From: a virus
Taxonomy: Duplodnaviria; Caudoviricetes
Strand: one strand, 5' to 3'
Virus record (IMG/VR): IMGVR_UViG_3300031606_000002
Coordinates: 1 to 33,152 of that record
DNA length: 33,152 nt
The notes under the pieces were generated by a model that was not told the DNA's origin, made no database searches, and worked only from the letters and a program-made list of their open reading frames with translations. The position numbers and the translations under genes are program-made. This document shows, one piece after another, positions 27,548 through 33,152 of the stretch (position 1 is its first letter; each line of letters opens with the position of its first letter).

Positions 27548-27682
27548 ATGCCTATACCTAAAAAAAAACCTAATGAAAAACAATCTGATTTTATGATTAG
27601 ATGTGTGCCTGAGTTAATGAAGTATCATCCAAAGAGTGAAGCAATAGCTATTTGTTATGATTCATATAAAAAAAAGAAATAA
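27548..27682 (+). CDS. small protein, 44 aa (MPIPKKKPNEKQSDFMIRC...AIAICY)
   Basis: Not in ORF track; MPIP..E.Q.DF..RC...AICY pattern I recognise from phage small proteins. Confidence 0.7.
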   Translation: MPIPKKKPNEKQSDFMIRCVPELMKYHPKSEAIAICYDSYKKKK

Positions 27683-27710
27683 ATATTGATTAAAATAATA
27701 AATATAAAAA

Positions 27711-27869
27711 ATGAATTTTACAGATTTAAAGATATATGTTTTTAATACTACTGCTCTAACATTATCAATAACAAATATAGAAATGGGATTAAAAATTATT
27801 CTTCTACTCTGTACTATTATATATACATTACAAAGAATCATTAAAAATAATGAAGAAAAAAAGAAGTGA
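27711..27869 (+). CDS. small membrane protein, holin/antiholin-like, 52 aa
   Basis: Not in ORF track; hydrophobic LKIILLLCTIIYTL and basic C-tail, in lysis module. Confidence 0.6.
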   Translation: MNFTDLKIYVFNTTALTLSITNIEMGLKIILLLCTIIYTLQRIIKNNEEKKK

Positions 27870-28203
27870 ATCATACATATTAGGTATAATATTACTTTTA
27901 TTAATAGGGTGTGGCACTTATACAAAACAACCAGTAGCTTCTCACGTTTTAGCCGTAACGCTTCAGGGTGATACTATTTTAGTAGCTATTGATAAAATAC
28001 GACCTAATCAATATCAATTTTATTTGTATAGTCAACCTTATTATCGACCATATTATTATAATAGATATGATTACCAATGGAGGTATAACGACAATAGAGG
28101 AGTTTCAGCAGGAACTACATCATCTGGAAATAATACTCCAGTAAAAGCTAAAGTAACTCCAGACATTACAGTACGTCCAAGCTCACAAGTGTTAAAAAAA
28201 TAA
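27850..28203 (+). CDS. lipoprotein (possible spanin component)
   Basis: Basic N-terminus, hydrophobic core, lipobox LIGC; Y-rich segment. Confidence 0.6.
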   Translation: MKKKRSESYILGIILLLLIGCGTYTKQPVASHVLAVTLQGDTILVAIDKIRPNQYQFYLYSQPYYRPYYYNRYDYQWRYNDNRGVSAGTTSSGNNTPVKAKVTPDITVRPSSQVLKK

Positions 28204-28205
28204 TT

Positions 28206-28601
28206 ATGGGAAAAATATTAGCTAAACTATTTGGTTCCGTAGGTTCTAATATAGCAGAAAATTTAAGTAATATCATTGATAAACATACATTTTCAAAAGC
28301 AGAAAAAGCACAAGTTGAAAAAGAATTAAACGAAATGTTTATTAAAGCAGAAGCAAGTATTCAAGAGAGTGTAACGGAAAGATGGAAAACTGATATGAAT
28401 AGCGATTCTTATTTGTCTAAGAATGTACGTCCTATTGTATTGATTTTTTTAGTTATATCTACAGTTTTAATGGTTTTTATTGATGCAGGAGCTATTAATT
28501 TTAATGTTGATAATGAATGGAAAGAACTTTTAAAATTGCTTTTAATGACTACGGTTGCTGCTTATTTTGGAGGTCGTAGCTATGAAAAGATGAAAAGATA
28601 A
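28206..28601 (+). CDS. holin (GTA-type 3TM family-like)
   Basis: RWKTDMNSDSYLSKNVRP, two TM segments, AYFGGRSYEK. Confidence 0.8.
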   Translation: MGKILAKLFGSVGSNIAENLSNIIDKHTFSKAEKAQVEKELNEMFIKAEASIQESVTERWKTDMNSDSYLSKNVRPIVLIFLVISTVLMVFIDAGAINFNVDNEWKELLKLLLMTTVAAYFGGRSYEKMKR

Positions 28602-28730
28602 AATATTTTTTATATATTTATAGAAACTTGCAAAACCTAATAAAGATGGACGTTGCTTGGATCAGGTAATTTAGAAATTTGTTTTTCTTAGGGGGTGTTT
28701 TTGTTTCTTTTTCTTTTTACTCTTTTTCTT

Positions 28731-28763
28731 TTTGTTTGTTTTAGTTATAAATTATTATATTTA
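28731..28763 (+). promoter_or_regulatory. Bacteroidota-type promoter TTTG-N21-TATATTTA
   Basis: Matches -33/-7 spacing upstream of ORF 28775. Confidence 0.5.
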
Positions 28764-28774
28764 AAATAAAAATT

Positions 28775-29002
28775 ATGTTAAATTATATTATTGAAAAAAT
28801 ATTAAACTATAAAACATATTCTATTAGAAGAAAAATTAATACTCTTTTAGAAATGGATGCTGAGATATACTGTAATCTCGGCTCTGACAGCTCTAAGGCT
28901 GAAAGAGCCGAAGCTAAGAAACAAAGTAGGTCTATTTATAGAGCTATTAGAAAACTCGATAAAAATACAGGAGATAGGTTCTTATATCATATGGATAAGT
29001 GA
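28775..29002 (+). CDS. hypothetical protein, 75 aa
   Basis: ORF, GTGA overlap with ninG. Confidence 0.7.
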   Translation: MLNYIIEKILNYKTYSIRRKINTLLEMDAEIYCNLGSDSSKAERAEAKKQSRSIYRAIRKLDKNTGDRFLYHMDK

Positions 29003-29388
29003 AAAAAAAATCCAGAAAAAGTATAGTTAAAAGACTTGATATAGTCTTCTCTTTATATATAAGACTTAGATATTCATCTAATGAAATAGCAGAATGTTTC
29101 ACTTGTGGTAAACAAAGTCACTTTAAAAGAGGAATGCAGTGTGGTCATTTTATGTCACGCAAACATTATGCAACAAGATGGGATGCTACTAATTGTCAAG
29201 TCCAGTGCTATGCCTGTAATGTAATGAGATTTGGTGAACAATATAAATTTGGTTTAAAACTTGAAGATTTATTTGGAAAAGGAATAGCTGAAGAATTACT
29301 TATAAAATCAAGAACAACAGTAAAGTATTCTAATGACGATTTAGAAGCTATGATATTATATTATAATAATTTGGTTAATCAATTATAA
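28999..29388 (+). CDS. ninG: NinG/Rap-like recombination endonuclease
   Basis: FSLYIRLR, CFTCG, CGHF, N..VQC..CN. Confidence 0.85.
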   Translation: MKKKSRKSIVKRLDIVFSLYIRLRYSSNEIAECFTCGKQSHFKRGMQCGHFMSRKHYATRWDATNCQVQCYACNVMRFGEQYKFGLKLEDLFGKGIAEELLIKSRTTVKYSNDDLEAMILYYNNLVNQL

Positions 29389-29400
29389 TTATTATCTTTG
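29370..29400 (+). promoter_or_regulatory. canonical Bacteroidota promoter TTTG-N19-TATCTTTG
   Basis: Exact match to the -33 TTTG / -7 TAnnTTTG consensus. Confidence 0.65.
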
Positions 29401-29404
29401 AAAG

Positions 29405-29459
29405 TCTTGTTTCATTTGTCTTTGGTAAAAGGGGGTTAATTAATTTTAACCCTTTTTTT
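29405..29459 (+). ncRNA. candidate ~55-nt small RNA
   Basis: Lies between canonical promoter and terminator with no + strand ORF. Confidence 0.4.
29427..29459 (+). terminator. intrinsic terminator
   Basis: AAAAGGGGGTTAA...TTAACCCTTTTTTT. Confidence 0.85.
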
Positions 29460-29520
29460 ATTTATAATCAATATAAATAAGGAATTAATTAGGTAGTTAT
29501 ATATATTTTTTATATATTTA
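29456..29520 (+). promoter_or_regulatory. palindromic operator plus TTAG-N20-TATATTTA promoter (copy 2)
   Basis: Near-identical to 7114-7178. Confidence 0.7.
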
Positions 29521-29544
29521 TAAAATAATTAAAAGGATAGTTAA

Positions 29545-29676
29545 ATGACAAAAGACAGAACAATAAGTTATAAAGAACATTATGTACTTGTAGATTATTA
29601 TCAAAAAAAAATTCAAGAATTAGAAGCTAAATTAGAAGTTGAACAAATGAACTCAAATAAATATAACGAAATATGA
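29545..29676 (+). CDS. small coiled-coil protein, 43 aa
   Basis: Not in ORF track; ATGA overlap with ERF gene. Confidence 0.6.
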   Translation: MTKDRTISYKEHYVLVDYYQKKIQELEAKLEVEQMNSNKYNEI

Positions 29677-30185
29677 AAGACAATATCTATAATAAACTCT
29701 TTACCTTACAAAACGAATTAGGAGCAATAAGTAAAGACGCTACAAACCCCTTTTATAAATCAAAATACTTTGATATTAATTCTTTAATAGGTCAACTTAA
29801 ACCATTATTACAAAAACATAACTTGGTTTTATTACAACCAATTAATAACAACCAAGTACGATCTGTGATTTATGATTTAGATGGAGGTTCAGTAGAATCA
29901 TCCATTGAATTACCAACAAATTTAGATGCTCAAAAATTAGGAAGTGCTATTACTTATTTTAGAAGATACACCTTAACATCCTTATTAGCATTACAAGCTG
30001 TAGATGATGACGGAAATTTAGCAGCTCAAACAAATAAAATTCATAAACCTTTATTATTAGACAACAGTCCTGAGTTAAAAAACGCTATTAGTGGAATGTC
30101 TAAAGGAGCCACAGTAGATGATGTAAAAAAAATATATAGAGTAACCCCTTATATAGAAGAAAAATTATTAAATTATAAAATATGA
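29673..30185 (+). CDS. erf: ERF-family single-strand annealing protein
   Basis: NPFYKSKY, GSAITYFRRY, DDDG. Confidence 0.9.
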   Translation: MKDNIYNKLFTLQNELGAISKDATNPFYKSKYFDINSLIGQLKPLLQKHNLVLLQPINNNQVRSVIYDLDGGSVESSIELPTNLDAQKLGSAITYFRRYTLTSLLALQAVDDDGNLAAQTNKIHKPLLLDNSPELKNAISGMSKGATVDDVKKIYRVTPYIEEKLLNYKI

Positions 30186-30310
30186 ATAAATTAGAAACTG
30201 CAATTTTATTAAGATTAACTAATCGAGATAAGAAATTACTACAAAAAAAAGCAAGAGAAAAAAGAATGACCTTAACAGGTTATATAAGAAATGAATTATT
30301 AAACACTTAA
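30182..30310 (+). CDS. ribbon-helix-helix DNA-binding protein, 42 aa
   Basis: Not in ORF track; ILLRLT..DK..L..KA....MTLTGYIR is an Arc/CopG-like pattern; ATGA overlap. Confidence 0.7.
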   Translation: MNKLETAILLRLTNRDKKLLQKKAREKRMTLTGYIRNELLNT

Positions 30311-30321
30311 ATATATAAACT

Positions 30322-30615
30322 ATGGCAGCAATTATCAATGCACGTATTAACGTAGCAAACCTATCTAAAGAAAAACTCTTTAAAGGAAAAAAAGGAACTT
30401 ATTACAATGTAACCATCTCAATTAATGATGAAACACGCTTTGGAAATAACGTATCAATTTTCGATTCTCAAACTAAAGAAGAAAGAGAATCAGAAGATAA
30501 AAGAAATTACACAGGAAATGGTAGTGTGATTTGGACTAATGGTAAAATTGAAGTAGCTGAATCTCAAAACGTAACAGAAAAAGTTACTGAGGCTTCTACT
30601 GACTTACCTTTTTAA
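30322..30615 (+). CDS. putative ssDNA-binding protein
   Basis: Acidic C-tail ending DLPF; next to ERF. Confidence 0.65.
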   Translation: MAAIINARINVANLSKEKLFKGKKGTYYNVTISINDETRFGNNVSIFDSQTKEERESEDKRNYTGNGSVIWTNGKIEVAESQNVTEKVTEASTDLPF

Positions 30616-30637
30616 TTAAAATTTTTTAGATTATTTT

Positions 30638-30667
30638 AAAAGGGGATTTAATTATCCCCTTTTTTTA
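30638..30667 (+). terminator. intrinsic terminator
   Basis: AAAAGGGGAT-TTAATT-ATCCCCTTTT plus T-run. Confidence 0.85.
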
Positions 30668-30790
30668 TTATGAAACCTTTAACTAAAAAACAAATACAGT
30701 ACAATAAAAAAACACTAAGACAATATTATATATATGCAAAAAAACATAATTTTATAAAAAAAAATAAATAGTATTTTTTATATTTAGAGG

Positions 30791-31639
30791 ATGACAAACA
30801 GAATGAGCGAAGACCAGACTATTCAATATCTTATAATGCAATCGATTGAAGAAGATTGTAAAATAAATCCTAAAGAATCCATCGACTATCCCCCTGTTGC
30901 TTTATCATTTGGAGAAAAATTAATAAAAACATCTGCAGGAGATTCACTGTTACCAATTGGTATTGGCACTTATGGAAATTTCAGTGTAATAAGTGGCTCC
31001 CCAAAAACTAAAAAAACTTTCTTAATTTCATTATTAGCATCTGTCTTTTTAGGTGGTAAAAATAATTTTGGAGGAGATTTAAAAGGTCATAGAAACGAAA
31101 AAGATGTAATTCATATAGATACTGAACAAGGGAAATGGCACTGCCAAAAAGTATTTAAAAGAGTTTTAGATATGAACGTTATTGATTATTCAGAATTTTA
31201 TTATACATTTGGATTACGGACAATAGGATTCAAACAAAGAATCCAATTCATAGAATATTGTTTAGAACATAAATCAAAAGATACAGGACTGTTGATAATT
31301 GATGGGATTTCTGACCTTGTTAGTGATGTCAACAATATAGAGGAATCGAATGCTTGTGTGCAAAAATTAATGGAATGGAGTGCAAAATATAATTGTCACA
31401 TTCTTTGCGTAATTCATACAAACTATGGCTCAGAAAAATTAACTGGTCATCTTGGAAGTGCACTAATGAAAAAATGTGAGACCGAAATATATTTAGAACA
31501 AAGCGAAGACATAAAAGAATGGATAACAGTTAAATGTAAAAGAAGCAGAGGTTATTCATTTGAAACATTTAGTTTTAAGGTAAACGAAATTGGACTGCCT
31601 GAAATTATTGGATCGTTATTTGATCCTATAAAGAACTAA
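30791..31639 (+). CDS. RecA-fold AAA (AAA_25/RepA-like) helicase
   Basis: Walker A variant GSPKTKKT, HIDTEQ, IIDGISD, CVIH, GHLGS; TATATTTA box 4 nt upstream. Confidence 0.8.
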   Translation: MTNRMSEDQTIQYLIMQSIEEDCKINPKESIDYPPVALSFGEKLIKTSAGDSLLPIGIGTYGNFSVISGSPKTKKTFLISLLASVFLGGKNNFGGDLKGHRNEKDVIHIDTEQGKWHCQKVFKRVLDMNVIDYSEFYYTFGLRTIGFKQRIQFIEYCLEHKSKDTGLLIIDGISDLVSDVNNIEESNACVQKLMEWSAKYNCHILCVIHTNYGSEKLTGHLGSALMKKCETEIYLEQSEDIKEWITVKCKRSRGYSFETFSFKVNEIGLPEIIGSLFDPIKN

Positions 31640-31653
31640 ATTTATGATGCTTA

Positions 31654-32175
31654 ATGAAAAATACCGTAAAGTCCAACAATACTTTATTAATAGAAATATA
31701 TAAAAAACATCCTATTTGGATTGAAATAGTACAATCATTTGGAGTTAATAAAGACACTTCAGAGGATATAGTAATGGAAATGTATATTAAAATTAAACGC
31801 AAATTAGATGAAGGATTGGATATTAATTTTGGTGATGATGATTATAATTATTTTTATATTTTTAAAACTTTAAAGTCTATGTTTTTAGATTTAAAAAGAA
31901 AAGAAAAAAAAATAAACGTTATATCAATAGATGAACCTGTGGTTATCAAAGATTTTCATAAACATTTTGATTCATACGATAATGTTAATTTTGAATCTCA
32001 ATATGTATTAATTAAAAAAGAACTCAGTAAAATGTATTGGTACGATAGAAAAGTATTTGATATTATTGATAAAGGAACTTCAGTTGCTTCTCTTGCAAGA
32101 AGAACTAAAATACCTTATCATTCTTTATATAATACTTATCGTAGAGTTATGGAAATATTAAAGAAAAAATTATGA
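31654..32175 (+). CDS. phage ECF-like sigma factor
   Basis: Region-2-like SEDIVMEMYI...YIFKTL...FLD..RK and C-terminal HTH (SVASLARRTKIPYHSLY). Confidence 0.7.
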   Translation: MKNTVKSNNTLLIEIYKKHPIWIEIVQSFGVNKDTSEDIVMEMYIKIKRKLDEGLDINFGDDDYNYFYIFKTLKSMFLDLKRKEKKINVISIDEPVVIKDFHKHFDSYDNVNFESQYVLIKKELSKMYWYDRKVFDIIDKGTSVASLARRTKIPYHSLYNTYRRVMEILKKKL

Positions 32176-32648
32176 TAGAAAAATTATTAAGCAGAGTAGG
32201 AATTGAAGTTTGGAAAGATTTACCAGGATACGAAGGACATTATCGAGTTAGTAATTTAGGCAATGTTAAAATTTTAAAAAGGAATATAATTTCAAAATCC
32301 AAAACAAAGATAAGACTCAATTTAAATTTAAAATATAAAAATTTTAAAATATCTCAATTAATAGCAATGGCTTTTTTAAATCATACCCCTTGTGGTCATA
32401 TATTAGTTGTTGACCACATTGATAATGATAACACAAATAATAATTTATATAATCTTCAAGTAATTTCACACAGGAAAAACTTATCAAAAGACAAAAAAGG
32501 AAAATCAAAATATACAGGAGTTTCATCTAATTATAAGAAGTGGAGAACCCAGATATGTATTAATGGAAAAAATAAACATATAGGAACTTATAAAACTGAA
32601 ACAGAAGCCTCACAAGCATATCAAAATGAATTAAAAAAGATATTATGA
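32172..32648 (+). CDS. NUMOD4-HNH-AP2 homing endonuclease
   Basis: EVWKDLPGYEGHYRVSNLGNVK, VDHID...NN...NL, SKYTGV...W...I...HIGTY. Confidence 0.9.
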   Translation: MIEKLLSRVGIEVWKDLPGYEGHYRVSNLGNVKILKRNIISKSKTKIRLNLNLKYKNFKISQLIAMAFLNHTPCGHILVVDHIDNDNTNNNLYNLQVISHRKNLSKDKKGKSKYTGVSSNYKKWRTQICINGKNKHIGTYKTETEASQAYQNELKKIL

Positions 32649-32779
32649 AATTAGGAGATTTAATTTATTACTTTACATACTATACAGGAATTAAATATAT
32701 TTGGAAAAAGATTAATCCTAATTGCAATTGCGATAAACGTAGAAAGGATTGGAATAAAATAAAAATTAAAAGATGGTAA
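32645..32779 (+). CDS. small protein, 44 aa (MKLGDLI...TGIK...CNCDKRR)
   Basis: Not in ORF track; ATGA overlap. Confidence 0.7.
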   Translation: MKLGDLIYYFTYYTGIKYIWKKINPNCNCDKRRKDWNKIKIKRW

Positions 32780-32985
32780 AATTTAATAACTATGATTATA
32801 AACTCTGGAAAGCTTTTAGAATTTCAAAATCAGACACGCTCAGCTCCATTGAATTTAGAATGGTATGTCTCCTCCACTCACAATATTATCAACATAAATA
32901 CGAAAAACCTTGTACGTGTAATCCCAAAAAAATAAATAAATGGATAAAAGATTTAAATATTATTTGGGATAATGGCAATAAGTAA
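32773..32985 (+). CDS. hypothetical protein (PCTC motif)
   Basis: ORF overlapping neighbours. Confidence 0.65.
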   Translation: MVKFNNYDYKLWKAFRISKSDTLSSIEFRMVCLLHSQYYQHKYEKPCTCNPKKINKWIKDLNIIWDNGNK

Positions 32986-33152
32986 AATTTATAAACTTGA
33001 GAAAGCATTAATTAACTTTTTAAATTTTGATGGATGGGAACTTGAATGGACTGGTGAGGGGTATACTCATTATGATGCTAAAGGCAAAACCCCTAAAGGT
33101 TTTGACTGCGTTATTGAAATGAAATTTAGAACTAAATATTATGAAAAGAAAA
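32972..33152 (+). CDS. PD-(D/E)xK nuclease, truncated by window end
   Basis: HYDAKG...VIEMKFR..YY. Confidence 0.7.
   Translation, partial: MAISKIYKLEKALINFLNFDGWELEWTGEGYTHYDAKGKTPKGFDCVIEMKFRTKYYEKK

Noticed and set aside
29392-29415. Minus-strand MKQDFQR micro-ORF
   Set aside because: Seven codons and no minus-strand promoter seen; better explained by the + strand promoter-terminator unit
30670-30771. 33-aa K/Y-rich ORF after terminator
   Set aside because: Low complexity, overlaps likely promoter region, no motif
1-33152. tRNA/rRNA genes, integrase, attachment sites, queF/arcS
   Set aside because: None recognised in this window; they could lie outside it

Overview
An AT-rich (about 28% GC by eye) tailed dsDNA phage segment, probably most of a siphovirus-like genome, with essentially all genes on the + strand. 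The host is probably Bacteroidota/Flavobacteriia, inferred from TAnnTTTG-type promoters and A-rich, Shine-Dalgarno-free starts. Gene order: (1) a 7-deazaguanine DNA-modification cluster (ParB-like, DpdA/TGT-like, QueC, QueD, QueE, PRTase-FolE fusion) running directly into terS-terL; (2) small early-type genes; (3) tail genes, led by a tail-assembly chaperone with an unannotated -1 frameshift; (4) protease, scaffold, decoration protein, capsid, tail tube, adaptor, portal, adaptor, and a large tail fibre; (5) lysis genes; (6) NinG, ERF, SSB-like, AAA helicase, sigma-like factor, HNH endonuclease and a PD-(D/E)xK nuclease. The most notable observations are a phosphoribosyltransferase domain fused to FolE, a QueC lacking all four zinc-binding cysteines, and a repeated AAAAT-N12-ACGTTATATA late-promoter-like motif that also precedes the modification/terminase operon. 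Also notable are a duplicated Fur-box-like palindrome at two early promoters, an ORF-less promoter-to-terminator unit that may be an antisense sRNA, a 124-bp tandem scar after the tail fibre, and apparent CATG/GATC avoidance. All calls come from motif recognition by eye; no searches were run.
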